UHGV virus genome: UHGV-0170870 | Strand: one strand, 5' to 3' | DNA length: 63,018 nt | From: a virus | Shown: positions 36,668 through 47,289 of the stretch, piece by piece | How the letters are laid out: every line of letters begins with the position of its first letter | Numbering within the stretch: position 1 is the stretch's first letter | Notes under the pieces: model-generated | The model's database searches: none | Told to the model about the DNA's origin: nothing | The model's input: the letters and a program-made list of their open reading frames with translations, nothing else | Made by a program: the position numbers and the translations under genes

Positions 36668-38965
36668 ATGCAGACTTTCCAGACCGCCGCCGTGGTCGGC
36701 CTGATCGACAATATGTCGGGGCCTCTGAAGCAGTTATCCAACCAGGCGAAGCAGGCCGCGAAGCAAATAGAGCTGATGAAGCTCGACGCTTCCGGCCTGA
36801 ACCAGTACAATCGCGGACTAGTCGACGCGAACTCCCAGGCGAGGCAGCACCTTTCGCATCTCCACTCCATCAAGGCGGCGTGGCGTGAGGTCGGCGGCAT
36901 CGTTGCGGGGGTCGCGTCGAGCTACGCGCTGCACAAGGCGGCGGACGCCGTCAAGAATTACATCCCGCTCGAACGCGAGAATCGCTACATGCGAGCGGTC
37001 GGCGTCCAGCGCGACGAGAACGGGAAGATCAGCGGCTACGGGTATAGCCAGTCTGAGATGGCTGGCCTGCTCGCGCAACAGCGGCGCGGCGCGTTCGATT
37101 ACGGCGAAAGCCCGATTGACGTAGCTCACGCGCAGATGGCGTTCGCGCAGCGGCAAATCTCGGCGCGTACCTCGCAGATCATGACCGACCAAGCGCTCAT
37201 CCTGTCGAAGGCGCTCGGCACGTCGGTCAAAGACGCGGCGGTGATCCTCGAAGGCTCGATCTTCGCGAAGGGTCACTCGCACGAATTAGAGGGCGATCCG
37301 TCGAAGGCCAAAGCCATCGCCAAGCGGTATGCCGACATCGCCGCCGTCATGTCTAAGTCCGGCGCGATGACTGCCGAGGACATCACGCAGTTCGGCAAGT
37401 ATGCCTACTCGGGCGCGAGCGCGGCAGGCATCTCGGACACCACGGTCGCCGCCATCGGTATGGCGTTGAAACGCGCGAACATGCCGGGCCAAGAGTCCGG
37501 TACGATGGTTCGGCAGTTGGCGTCGCGTGTTCTGTCGCCGACGCGAGAAGGCCGCCAGTCGGCTATCGCGAACGGTATCGACATCGACTCGTTCAGCACG
37601 CACGGCCATCTCGACGCCGAGGGCCTGAGCGGCCTGGTGCGCGAACGGTTCGGCAAGACCATCAAGGGTGCGACGCAGAAGGCGATCAACGATGAGCTGA
37701 CCAACGAGGACAGCGACATCGCGGGCAACAAGGGCAAGTTCGTCGAGTTCATCACGAACAAGCTCGAAAAAGAGATGGACATCACGAAGCCTCGCGACCG
37801 CGAACGTCTGGCGAAGGCTGCCGGTGACTACTGGCAGTACAAGCGCGAGGGCGTCAACGGCGACGCGTTGGTCGATGCGCTCATCAAGAAGAGTGGCTTG
37901 CTCGGTCTTCTGCAATATCTTGGCGTGAAGCAGGGCGCTCGCGGCATGGTGCTGACGGGCGACATCAACACGTACGAAGAGAACAAGAAGGCCGTCGAGC
38001 ACGGCGTCGAAGTCGGCCGCGCCGAAGAAGTCGCCAAACAGCGTATGGAAGGCCTGGCCTTCGCCGTCGACAAGCTGAAAGCATCGTTCGAGCAGACCTC
38101 CAACAGTTTCGTCAAGGCGAACGAAGGATGGCTGGCAGCCGCAGCAAACGGCGGCTCGAAGATACTTCAGTTCCTCGATAGCCTTGAAGAGGGCAAGAAG
38201 CAGCGCCTCACGCTGGAAGCGGGCTTCATCACGCTCGTCGGCGCGACCGCTGGCGTCGTGAGGGCGTTCCAGTTGGCGCAATCGACGCTCAACGCCATAG
38301 CGGCCAAGAACGGCGTGCAGGGCTTGCCCGGCGCACCGGGAGCACCGGGCGCACCGGGCGACAAGGCGTCGAAGGCGTTCAAGTTCCTGACCTACGCGCC
38401 CATCGTCGGCGAGGCGGCCTACAGCTATCTCCAATGGTTGACCGAGAACAACCAGAAGAACGTCGACGCGCAGACCAAGAACCCGTCGCCGAACATCGTG
38501 AATATGGGTCGGATCGGAAGTCGCCTCGGCGACCGAGGCCCGATCTCGATCACCGATGGATTCGGGGCCAGCGCGTACGGCGGCAACGAATACCTCGACG
38601 ACCTGGCGCTCTGGCGTCGCAAGGACGGCACAGAGGACTTCCTGCGCAGCGGCGGCAACCAGCCGAACCAGTACGGCGGCCGAGGTCGCGGTGATGGGGC
38701 CGGGTGGACGGATTCGATCCACGCCGTGCCGAAGTCTGATGGCTTCAAGGATGTCAACGTCCAGGGCACCGTGACCGGCGCGGCCGAGCTGCACAACATG
38801 ATGCAGATCGAAGTAAGGCCGTCGCAATACTTCGAGGGCCTCATCAAGCGAGCCGAGAGCGTAGCGACGATGTCGCTCAACGGATCGCTCGGTACCAGCA
38901 TGCAAGGCCCCGGCGACAACGGCACCAAACCCGCAGCGGCAAACGCTCTTACCGGGACGAAGTAA
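36668..38965 (+). CDS. tail tape measure protein
   Basis: 765 aa, alpha-helical repeats, GLPGAPGAPGAPGD collagen-like stretch. Confidence 0.7.
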   Translation: MQTFQTAAVVGLIDNMSGPLKQLSNQAKQAAKQIELMKLDASGLNQYNRGLVDANSQARQHLSHLHSIKAAWREVGGIVAGVASSYALHKAADAVKNYIPLERENRYMRAVGVQRDENGKISGYGYSQSEMAGLLAQQRRGAFDYGESPIDVAHAQMAFAQRQISARTSQIMTDQALILSKALGTSVKDAAVILEGSIFAKGHSHELEGDPSKAKAIAKRYADIAAVMSKSGAMTAEDITQFGKYAYSGASAAGISDTTVAAIGMALKRANMPGQESGTMVRQLASRVLSPTREGRQSAIANGIDIDSFSTHGHLDAEGLSGLVRERFGKTIKGATQKAINDELTNEDSDIAGNKGKFVEFITNKLEKEMDITKPRDRERLAKAAGDYWQYKREGVNGDALVDALIKKSGLLGLLQYLGVKQGARGMVLTGDINTYEENKKAVEHGVEVGRAEEVAKQRMEGLAFAVDKLKASFEQTSNSFVKANEGWLAAAANGGSKILQFLDSLEEGKKQRLTLEAGFITLVGATAGVVRAFQLAQSTLNAIAAKNGVQGLPGAPGAPGAPGDKASKAFKFLTYAPIVGEAAYSYLQWLTENNQKNVDAQTKNPSPNIVNMGRIGSRLGDRGPISITDGFGASAYGGNEYLDDLALWRRKDGTEDFLRSGGNQPNQYGGRGRGDGAGWTDSIHAVPKSDGFKDVNVQGTVTGAAELHNMMQIEVRPSQYFEGLIKRAESVATMSLNGSLGTSMQGPGDNGTKPAAANALTGTK

Positions 38966-40324
38966 ATGACCTGTCTCTGCATTGACGACCTGCGCCCCGC
39001 CTCGTTTCGGGGCGTAGGTTTCTTCGTGGCGTCCGACCAGGGCGAATACGGGCGGCGCGGCCCGGTCCATGAGTACCCGAACCGCGACAACCCGTACTTC
39101 GAAGACCTCGGGGAGAAGGCGCGCAAGTTCACCGTCAACGGCTACCTGTTCGGCGACGATTGGGTGTCGAAGAAGGACGCAATCGTTGCCGCCTGCACTG
39201 CGCGCGGCCCGGCGATCCTACAGCTCCCGACCGAGGGAGCCACGATGGTTGCGTGCCAAAACCTGTCGGTCTCGCGCACGAAAGACGAGTGCGGCTACTA
39301 CGCTCTGAAGTTCCAGTTCGTCGTCGCGAGCTTCTCCGCGCCTGGCGCTATAGCAGCCGAGTTCGAGAGCCTGATCGGCAGCATCTTCAGCGCTGCGATC
39401 CCGACGTTCACGACGTTCTTCGACAACACGTACGTTCCGCGCAACACGCTGAACTTCGTGTCCGAGAACATGACGGATCGCATCTCGCAGTACAGCTCCG
39501 ACGTGGTCTCGGCTATCGAGGGCATGCCGACGAACAACCCGACGCTGGCTACCGACGTGGTCCAGGCGGGTGTCAGCATCTTCCAGAACGCCGCGACCTA
39601 TGCGCAGCCCGGCACTGATAGTGGTGCTGTGCTCGCTCAACAGACGATACCTGCGCAGACCATCGCGGCCATAGCGAACGATACGGGCGTTACGAAGATC
39701 GGCGACAGCGGCGTCACGATCCAGACCGGCGCGGCTGCCATCGTTCCAATGATCGCCTACACGATCAACGGCATCGGGAACGCACTGACGAGCGACGTGG
39801 TCATTCCGACCTTGACGAGCTTCGCGACGTGGAGCGTCAACGAGGTCAGCCTGGCAGACTTGCAGGCGCAGGTCGACGCGTTAGATACGCCGACCGCCGC
39901 GCCGATCAGCGCGTCTGACACGGCCGACGCCGTCAATAGCACCGTGTTCTGTGGTGTGGTCCGGTCGTTCGCCTTGATGAAGCTCGCGCAGGCGATCTGC
40001 GCCAAGACGTTCTTGACGCGGAAGGAAGCCATCCAGGCACGCGCCACCGTCGTCGAGCTGTTCAACGCGCAGATCGAGCAGTTCGCGGAAGACGAGATCG
40101 TCAACATCATGCTCACCGCTCGCGACTACGCCGTGCGGTCGATTACGCAGAAGATGGCGACCATCGTGCCGGTCATCACGATCACGGCCCCGCAGTCCCG
40201 GCCGTCGCTCTATTGGGCGGCGCGTCTCTACGAAGATGTCTACCGAGCCGAAGAGCTGGCCGACCGTAACGAGGTCGCGTCACCAGCCTTCATGCCTGGC
40301 ACATTCGAGGCGCTCGCGCGGTAA
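38966..40324 (+). CDS. DNA circulation protein (Mu gp43-like)
   Basis: 452 aa immediately after tape measure as in Mu-like tail modules. Confidence 0.55.
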   Translation: MTCLCIDDLRPASFRGVGFFVASDQGEYGRRGPVHEYPNRDNPYFEDLGEKARKFTVNGYLFGDDWVSKKDAIVAACTARGPAILQLPTEGATMVACQNLSVSRTKDECGYYALKFQFVVASFSAPGAIAAEFESLIGSIFSAAIPTFTTFFDNTYVPRNTLNFVSENMTDRISQYSSDVVSAIEGMPTNNPTLATDVVQAGVSIFQNAATYAQPGTDSGAVLAQQTIPAQTIAAIANDTGVTKIGDSGVTIQTGAAAIVPMIAYTINGIGNALTSDVVIPTLTSFATWSVNEVSLADLQAQVDALDTPTAAPISASDTADAVNSTVFCGVVRSFALMKLAQAICAKTFLTRKEAIQARATVVELFNAQIEQFAEDEIVNIMLTARDYAVRSITQKMATIVPVITITAPQSRPSLYWAARLYEDVYRAEELADRNEVASPAFMPGTFEALAR

Positions 40325-40360
40325 CCGTGCGGGCGTCCTCGCCAGAGGATCAGCCCGTAC

Positions 40361-41443
40361 ATGTCCGACGAAAAAACGACAGTCACGCTCATTGCGGGCG
40401 GGGCGCGCTACTCCGCGTTCACGCGGGCAGCCGTGTCCTACTCCGCCAACCAGGCCGTGCGCGCCTTCGCCTTCACGGTGACCGACGCCACGGACGCGAT
40501 GGACGAGCAGTGGAATTTCATGCCGGGCACGCCCGTAACCGTGCTCGCCAACGGTCAGCTCCTAGTGACTGGCTACATCAACCGGATGGTGCCGAGCTTC
40601 GACGCGAACAACCACACCGTCGAGATTTCGGGCACGTCCAAGGGCCGCGACAGCGTCAAGAGCGCGGCCGAGCACGATAAAGGCGAGTGGCGCAACAAGA
40701 CGCCGCTTCAGATCGCGCAAGAGCTGGATAAGCAGGGAGTGGGGTTCACTTCCGATATCCAACAGAAGCCCTTCGAGTATGCGCGCTTGCACCCGAACGA
40801 AACGGTCTTCGAGGCCGTAGAGCGCATGACGCGCCGCCAGCCGATGCTTCTTCAAGGCATGCCGGACGGCTCGATCAAGATGACGAAGGGCGGCTCGGCC
40901 GGATCGAACTCTCCGCTGATGGAGGGCATCAACATCCTGGCTGGCAGCGCCGCATTCGACGATGGCGACCAGCACAGCGAATACAAGGTCAAGGGGCAGC
41001 GCGTCTACGGGACCGACAAGAAGTCGCTTCAGATCGTTGCCACGGAGAAGGACCCGTCTGTCAAGCGCCATCTCCCCAAGCACATTCACCAAGAGTCTGA
41101 CATCGACGAGCAGACCGCGAAGGATCGCGCCCGCCATCACAAGAACCGCCAGCAAGGCGAGAGCGTCACGGCGCAGATCAAGTCGCAGTCGTGGTTCGAT
41201 CTCGGCGGTCAACTCTGGAAGGCAAACGGCCTTGTCTACGTTCAGTCACGCGTCCTGAAGCTCAGCCAACAGATGCTCATCAAGAGCGTCTCGCTCACGC
41301 AAGATGAGAGCGGATCGTTCGCGACCCTCTCGCTCGTTCTGCCGCAGGCGTTCGACGGCGAGGGCACCGGCATGGGCGGAGGCGGCGCAGGCTCCGGCGC
41401 GCAATCCCCGTGGAAAGACTTCGCGCAACCTACGGACCTCTGA
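40361..41443 (+). CDS. tail/baseplate hub protein (Mu gp44 / P-like)
   Basis: 360 aa, position in Mu-like order. Confidence 0.55.
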   Translation: MSDEKTTVTLIAGGARYSAFTRAAVSYSANQAVRAFAFTVTDATDAMDEQWNFMPGTPVTVLANGQLLVTGYINRMVPSFDANNHTVEISGTSKGRDSVKSAAEHDKGEWRNKTPLQIAQELDKQGVGFTSDIQQKPFEYARLHPNETVFEAVERMTRRQPMLLQGMPDGSIKMTKGGSAGSNSPLMEGINILAGSAAFDDGDQHSEYKVKGQRVYGTDKKSLQIVATEKDPSVKRHLPKHIHQESDIDEQTAKDRARHHKNRQQGESVTAQIKSQSWFDLGGQLWKANGLVYVQSRVLKLSQQMLIKSVSLTQDESGSFATLSLVLPQAFDGEGTGMGGGGAGSGAQSPWKDFAQPTDL

Positions 41444-41444
41444 C

Positions 41445-41945
41445 ATGGAAGACTACTACACTCACCGCAACTCCGGTCATCGGTATCTGATCCGGAAGGT
41501 CGACGACGAGGGCGACATTCAGCTCATCGACGCGGATGGCCTGGCCGACGAACAGCACACCAAGATCATGCGGGTGTATCCACATGGCTTCAGCTCGAAC
41601 TCGCCTGAAGAATCTCACATGCTCGCTCTTGGCCTTGGTGGTCGGCGCGATCTTCTTGTTGCGTTGGGCGGCGAGCACCCGAAGTACCGGCCGCGCAAAC
41701 TGCCGACAGGCAACGCGGTCCTCTACGACGACAAGGGCAACGTAGTCTGGTCGAAGGGCAAGGACGGTCTGTCCGTCAATGCGAAGACCGGCACGGTGGA
41801 GATTCGCTCCCAGGACAACAAGATCACGGTCAAGCCTGGTGACGGCCAGAAGGTCTTCCTCGGCGGCGACGGCTCGGATGGCTCGTACGCAAAGGTCATG
41901 ACCGAGAGCGGCCCGTCGATCAACGTGTACGCCAAGATCGGATAG
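41445..41945 (+). CDS. baseplate assembly protein V-like (spike)
   Basis: Start at ATG 41445 overlapping upstream stop; ORF track starts at 41304. Confidence 0.55.
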   Translation: MEDYYTHRNSGHRYLIRKVDDEGDIQLIDADGLADEQHTKIMRVYPHGFSSNSPEESHMLALGLGGRRDLLVALGGEHPKYRPRKLPTGNAVLYDDKGNVVWSKGKDGLSVNAKTGTVEIRSQDNKITVKPGDGQKVFLGGDGSDGSYAKVMTESGPSINVYAKIG

Positions 41946-41952
41946 GCCACAC

Positions 41953-42492
41953 ATGGACATCCGCATGAGAGAAACAGAGGGCTACGGCGATCAGCCGTTC
42001 CTTCTGTGGGACACCTATTGGAACTCAGACGATCTCAGTACGTGGTACGCGGACTGGAAGCTGGCAGGGCCGAACGCCCCGCTCAATGCCTACGGGCTGG
42101 CTGCCGATCATGCGCTCAACACGGCGATCCTGATTTCCCTTTTCACCTGGCGTCGAGCCGAAGTCTACGACCAGCTCCCCTCGGGCACCGATCCGAAGGG
42201 CTGGTGGGGCGACAACATTGATCTCGACGAGAACGAAACGAAGCTCGGTTCGCGCCTCTGGTTGCTGTACCGCTCGCCGCTCAACACCGAAACGGCCAGG
42301 AAGGCAGAGGACTACGCTTACGAAGCGTTGCAACCGCTGATCGACCAAGGGGCTGTTGCGAAGTTCGTCTGTAGCGCGACTGTCGATGTCGTGCCCGGCC
42401 ATCTCGTCTTGGACGTGAAAGCCTACAGCCAAAGCGGCCAGCTCATCTACGACCAGAAGTTCGACCGCATCTGGCGGCAGGAGTTTCCGTAA
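41953..42492 (+). CDS. baseplate protein (Mu gp46-like)
   Basis: 179 aa, Mu-like order. Confidence 0.5.
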   Translation: MDIRMRETEGYGDQPFLLWDTYWNSDDLSTWYADWKLAGPNAPLNAYGLAADHALNTAILISLFTWRRAEVYDQLPSGTDPKGWWGDNIDLDENETKLGSRLWLLYRSPLNTETARKAEDYAYEALQPLIDQGAVAKFVCSATVDVVPGHLVLDVKAYSQSGQLIYDQKFDRIWRQEFP

Positions 42493-43586
42493 TGGCATTC
42501 TACATGCCCGACATCAAGGCGATGGTGGTGCGCGCTCGCAACGCGTTCAGGGCGGAGACGCCCGGCACTGACGCCTTCATCTGGCCGAACAACATCTACG
42601 TCAGCGCCAAGGTAATCGGCGGCGCGGTGTGGGAAGTGTTCGGCCGCCTCAAATGGATGGACCGGCAACGGTTCGCCATGACCGCCACGGGCGACGAGCT
42701 GGAACGTCATGGTGCCGATTATGGCATCTCACGCAAGCCCGCATCGTACTCGCAGGGCAATGTGGTCGTGGTGGCTGACACCTGGCCGCTGACAGTCGCA
42801 CAGGGGACAGTCTTCACGCGCAGCGATGGCGTTCAGTTCACGTCGACGCTCGCGAAAGACATCGGAAAATATTCGCTGAGCGCGACCATTCCAGTCGTGT
42901 GCAACGTGGCAGGTAAGTCAGGCAACACAACTTACGGCGCACCGCTCTCGACGAACATCGCGCATCTCACGGCCGTCAACGTTGACGATGTCGGTCTCGG
43001 CCAGGGCGCGGATCAGGAGACGGACGATCAGCTCCGCGAGCGCATCCTGGCGCGCAAGCGATACCCTCCGCATGGTGGGGCCGACTTCGATTACATCGCG
43101 TGGGCGAAGGAACTGCCAGGCGTTACGCGGGCGTTCGTGAAGGCCAATGCCTTCGGCCGTGGCACGGTCGGCATTTGGTTCTTGATGGACGACACGTACG
43201 TTGCTGGCATTCCGCAGGCGGCGGACGTTGCGGCCGTGCAGGCGCATATCGACGGGCTGAAGCCGACCACGGCGATCCCTATCGTTCAAGCGCCGGTCGC
43301 GGACTGCATCGACATCGTCATCCAAGACCTGAAGCCCGACACGCAGGCCGTTCGCGAAGCGGTGGCCGCCGAACTACAAACGATGTTCCGGCGCGAGACG
43401 GTGCCGAGCATCCCTGGCGATCTCTTCACGCTCTCGCGGTCGTGGATCGAACAGGCGGTCAGCAATGCGACCGGCGAGCGTAGCAACACGGTGTTCGCCC
43501 CGTCGACTGACATCACGTTCGGCCCCGGCATCATGCCGTGCCTGCGGAGCGTGACCTTCACCAAGAGCAGCAACACTAGCAGCTAG
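42492..43586 (+). CDS. baseplate J-like protein (Mu gp47-like)
   Basis: 364 aa, Mu-like order. Confidence 0.6.
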   Translation: MAFYMPDIKAMVVRARNAFRAETPGTDAFIWPNNIYVSAKVIGGAVWEVFGRLKWMDRQRFAMTATGDELERHGADYGISRKPASYSQGNVVVVADTWPLTVAQGTVFTRSDGVQFTSTLAKDIGKYSLSATIPVVCNVAGKSGNTTYGAPLSTNIAHLTAVNVDDVGLGQGADQETDDQLRERILARKRYPPHGGADFDYIAWAKELPGVTRAFVKANAFGRGTVGIWFLMDDTYVAGIPQAADVAAVQAHIDGLKPTTAIPIVQAPVADCIDIVIQDLKPDTQAVREAVAAELQTMFRRETVPSIPGDLFTLSRSWIEQAVSNATGERSNTVFAPSTDITFGPGIMPCLRSVTFTKSSNTSS

Positions 43587-43594
43587 GATACACC

Positions 43595-44695
43595 ATGCCT
43601 GTGCTTTCATGCCCGCAGGGGCCACAGGACCCGCATTGGTGTCCGCAGAACACCGACGACGCCTTGCCCGCCGTGCTTGGTCTCATGCCGCCTGGTCCGG
43701 CCTGGGATGGCGCGGCGGTTGAGGGTACGGTCCAGAACTCCTATTGGAGAGCATACGCTAACGTGCTCTCCTACACCTACCAACGGCTCTGCAAGTACGT
43801 CGACGAGTTCTTCTGCAAGACGGTCAACGAGTCGCTCGATCAGTGGATCGCAGAGTACGGGTTAGACGACGAGTGCGATCCGTACGGCCATAACCTGTGC
43901 ATCAAGGTCGCGGCGCAAGGCGGCGCTACGTGCGATTATTTCGTGCAGATGGCGCAGCTCTCGGGCTGGTCGATCACCTGCGAAGACACGACGGATATCC
44001 CCGAGCCCATCGCCGGATGCTTCGAGGTCGGATGCACGCCTCTCGGTCCCACGCCGACGTATGCCGGTTATGGCAGCATGATCGGATACGGTCAGCGGCA
44101 GCCCTGCGATTACGGCGAAGTCGTCCACCATCCCGATCCGGATAAGTGGGAGAACGGCTACACCAACGGGGCGTCGTGCCTGGTGCCTGGTAGCAATCTC
44201 GGCCAGGGGCCGGACACTGACGAGTCGTGTTGCTTCATCTGCGGCTACTACGATTTCAACCCGCCCGACAACGTCGCACCGTCCAGCACGTACTGCCAGG
44301 ACGAGGCGCTGCGCTTCGACTTCGAGTGCCCGCGCACCGACGTTCCGTCCGATGGCGTCATCACACCCAAGCTGCACACCGCTGGCGCGTATGACGACAA
44401 CGGAAACTACAGTGAGTGGGGGCACGCGTTCGTGTGGACGGTGACTGTCGACCTGGCGGCCTCGCAAGCGGCGCAAGCCGCGCAAGCAGCCGCAGCGCCG
44501 AACACCGATCCGGGCAGTCAGGCCGGTTGTCTGATGGCGGGCAACATCACCTTCCCGAATGCCGATGGTGAGATCGGCGGAACACCCATCTGCAACGATA
44601 ACACGGTCGGCGACACGCCGACGTTCGTGCTGTGCTTTCTCAACCGCATCAAGCCCGCACACACCGTGTTGAACGTGGAAATTCTTCAGCCATGA
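43595..44695 (+). CDS. tail protein (Mu gp48-like), unusually Cys-rich
   Basis: 366 aa with many Cys residues; precedes tail fiber. Confidence 0.45.
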   Translation: MPVLSCPQGPQDPHWCPQNTDDALPAVLGLMPPGPAWDGAAVEGTVQNSYWRAYANVLSYTYQRLCKYVDEFFCKTVNESLDQWIAEYGLDDECDPYGHNLCIKVAAQGGATCDYFVQMAQLSGWSITCEDTTDIPEPIAGCFEVGCTPLGPTPTYAGYGSMIGYGQRQPCDYGEVVHHPDPDKWENGYTNGASCLVPGSNLGQGPDTDESCCFICGYYDFNPPDNVAPSSTYCQDEALRFDFECPRTDVPSDGVITPKLHTAGAYDDNGNYSEWGHAFVWTVTVDLAASQAAQAAQAAAAPNTDPGSQAGCLMAGNITFPNADGEIGGTPICNDNTVGDTPTFVLCFLNRIKPAHTVLNVEILQP

Positions 44696-46170
44696 GTCTT
44701 TTCGGACCTCAGAACGCCAACGCTGCGACTGCATTGCCTGATGGCACGCAGCGCCAGCGCTACGGCGCGCAACAGACGTATGTGAAGGACGCGTCAGCGC
44801 CCGGTATGTCAGACGGTACGGTGCTCGATGCGGCTTTCTACAACCGCATCATCTCCAATCTTGAGTACGTCGTATCCCAGGGTGGCGCAGCGGGCTTGCC
44901 TCCTGGCAGCGTGAACGCCCTGCACCAAGGCATTCTCGGCGTAATCGGGGAGGGTGCGCCAGGAAACCTTCAGACGGTCGCGCAGCTCGCGGCTGCCATC
45001 AACGACGATCCCCAGGTGTGGACGACGCTTACCGGCCAGATCAATGCTTGCGTCCGGTTCGACAAGAATCAGACGTTGTCTCCCTCGCAGGTTTTGCAGT
45101 TCCAGCAGAACGTAAAGCTGATGAACGTGGCGTTCACTGGCAACTATGCCGACCTGAACGGCAAGCCAGCGTTGGGTTCGGCCGCGTTCCTGAATGTCGG
45201 TACTGGTGCCAACCAGATCGTGCAGCTTGGCTCGGATAGCAAACTCCCTGCTATCGACGGGTCTAAGCTGACTGGCATCGCATCGACGCAAGTCTCGGGG
45301 CTCGGAACGGCTGCGACGAAGAACGTAGGCGTGGCGGCTGGCAACGTCGTTCAGCTCGACGCCACGACTGGTAAGCTGCCCGCTGTCGACGGTTCGCAGC
45401 TCACCAACATCAGCGTGGCGGGAGTCGTGCAGCCGGTGCTCGGGCAGTGCCGTCTCTCGCTCAACGGCGGCAATCTCTCGCTCAACCGTTTTCGAGGCAA
45501 GTATCTGACGGTAGCGGGCACACCCTGCATCATTCCGTCAGCGGGTGTCACGCTCGCGGCGACCGGGCTGACCGCTGGAACGCTTTACTACATCTACGCC
45601 ACGCAAAGCGGCGGCACAGTCAACGCTCTCGTAGCGTCGACGAACGGACACTCTACCGACACCACAGCCGGTAACGAGGGCGTTGAGATCATGACCGGCG
45701 ACAACACGAAGACCCTTGTCGGCATGGCCCGCCCCATCGCTGGTCCTGCGTGGACGGACACTAGCTCCCAACGTTTTGTTCGGTCGTGGTTCAATCGACC
45801 GCCGCTGCGGATGACGGGGGCGCAGACAGGCAGCAGTGTGGGGCTCAACGCTACGCCGCAAGAGCTGGCTGGGCCGTCGCGCTGTGAGTTTTTGGCGTGG
45901 GCAGATGAGGGCGGAGATTTCAGCGTATCGGGGGGCTACTACTCGTCGACCGCTGGTTTGATCGCTTCGCTGCTTGTGTTTCTCGACAACTCGCAGACCG
46001 GCTACGCGTCAACGGCTAACACAGACGGCAGCGGCCGTGTGCTGCCTCTTTCGACGCGCGTAGCGCTGAGTCCGTTCACGGAAGGATACCACTACGTCAC
46101 GCCAGCGGGTTCGGTCAGCTCGGGCTCGGCGTTCGCCTACAACGTTTGGGTAGCGGGCTCGGTTCATTAA
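44692..46170 (+). CDS. tail fiber protein
   Basis: Start at ATG 44692 (ATGA overlap); Gly/Ala/Thr/Ser-rich repetitive sequence; N-terminal FGPQ motif; ORF track starts at 44632. Confidence 0.55.
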   Translation: MSLFGPQNANAATALPDGTQRQRYGAQQTYVKDASAPGMSDGTVLDAAFYNRIISNLEYVVSQGGAAGLPPGSVNALHQGILGVIGEGAPGNLQTVAQLAAAINDDPQVWTTLTGQINACVRFDKNQTLSPSQVLQFQQNVKLMNVAFTGNYADLNGKPALGSAAFLNVGTGANQIVQLGSDSKLPAIDGSKLTGIASTQVSGLGTAATKNVGVAAGNVVQLDATTGKLPAVDGSQLTNISVAGVVQPVLGQCRLSLNGGNLSLNRFRGKYLTVAGTPCIIPSAGVTLAATGLTAGTLYYIYATQSGGTVNALVASTNGHSTDTTAGNEGVEIMTGDNTKTLVGMARPIAGPAWTDTSSQRFVRSWFNRPPLRMTGAQTGSSVGLNATPQELAGPSRCEFLAWADEGGDFSVSGGYYSSTAGLIASLLVFLDNSQTGYASTANTDGSGRVLPLSTRVALSPFTEGYHYVTPAGSVSSGSAFAYNVWVAGSVH

Positions 46171-46212
46171 GACCGCGCCTCCCCAAAACAATTCCCCAGG
46201 AGACACCATCAC

Positions 46213-47289
46213 ATGACTGGTACAGCGTTTGGGCCGCAAGGCCCGAACTATTCGACCGCGCGCCCGCCTGCCGACCCGAAGGCCAGTGCGGGCACTGATA
46301 CGTGGTTCAAGAACTGTTCGGCCGCTGGCGCGAAGGACGGCACGTTCGCGACGGCCGACTTCTTCAACGTCTTCATCGGCAACCTCCGCTACCTTGTGCG
46401 CCAAGCAGGCGTCACGCTCGACGACGCCACGGACACGATGGTCTATCAGGCCGTGCTGTCCATGATCCAAGCGAACATGGGCGGCGGTGGAGGCGGCACG
46501 CCGACTGTTGGCACGGTGCCGTATGGCAACCCGACGCTTTACGTTCGGACGGACGGCAACGACGCAACGGCTGACGGCTCCGCGAATACGTCCGCCAAGG
46601 CGTTCGCTACGATCCAGGCCGCGCTCAATTACGCGCAGAACATCTGGTCGCTCGGCGGCAAAATCCTGAATATTCAGCTCGGCAACCCCGGAACGTATGT
46701 CGGGTTTGTCACCGTCGTCGCCCCGATGACCGGCGTCAACATCGTTGGTGATCCGGCGAACCAGTCGGCCTACGTCATCCAGGCCCCGCCGACGCTCACC
46801 GGCTACTCCGCGCTCGTTTACGCGGGTGGTGCTGCTCTGAACTTGCGTGGTCTCACCGTCTATACCACGCGCACCGACATGCAGTTGATCCAGGCTGCGT
46901 ACACCGGCACGATCTCGATGAGCAACGTGACGGCGCAGTTCGGTGCTACCTCGCCGAACTATCATATCAACGGCGTCAGCGGCGGCTCGGTCAATATCAA
47001 AGGCAACGTCAACATTCAGGGCAACAGTGCCTCGGCGCTCTCGGCGCAGGTTGGCGGAAGCGTTTCGGTGCAGACAAGTTGCACGGTGACGTTGGTCGGC
47101 ACCCCGGCGTTCTCGGTCGGCACCATATACGCCGGAGCGGTTGGCTCGGTCTATCTGGTCGGCGGCTTCAGCGGAACGGCGACCGGCCCTGCCTACTACG
47201 GTTATCAGAGCGGTGCGTTCCTCACGGGCGGCAAGACAATCCCCGGCAGCACCGCTGGCGTTCTCGCTTCAGGAGCTACCTTCTCATGA
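46213..47289 (+). CDS. second tail fiber / receptor-binding protein (beta-helix-like)
   Basis: N-terminal FGPQGPNYS motif shared with first fiber; Gly/Thr/Ser/Val-rich repeats. Confidence 0.45.
   Translation: MTGTAFGPQGPNYSTARPPADPKASAGTDTWFKNCSAAGAKDGTFATADFFNVFIGNLRYLVRQAGVTLDDATDTMVYQAVLSMIQANMGGGGGGTPTVGTVPYGNPTLYVRTDGNDATADGSANTSAKAFATIQAALNYAQNIWSLGGKILNIQLGNPGTYVGFVTVVAPMTGVNIVGDPANQSAYVIQAPPTLTGYSALVYAGGAALNLRGLTVYTTRTDMQLIQAAYTGTISMSNVTAQFGATSPNYHINGVSGGSVNIKGNVNIQGNSASALSAQVGGSVSVQTSCTVTLVGTPAFSVGTIYAGAVGSVYLVGGFSGTATGPAYYGYQSGAFLTGGKTIPGSTAGVLASGATFS

Noticed and set aside
38167-38382. GLPGAPGAPGAPG repeat as a separate collagen-like gene or minus-strand ORF
   Set aside because: It is a short low-complexity stretch inside the tape measure protein; the 71-aa minus ORF is its antisense reading
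37286-39070. 594-aa minus-strand ORF opposite the tape measure gene
   Set aside because: Antisense to a gene with strong positional and compositional support
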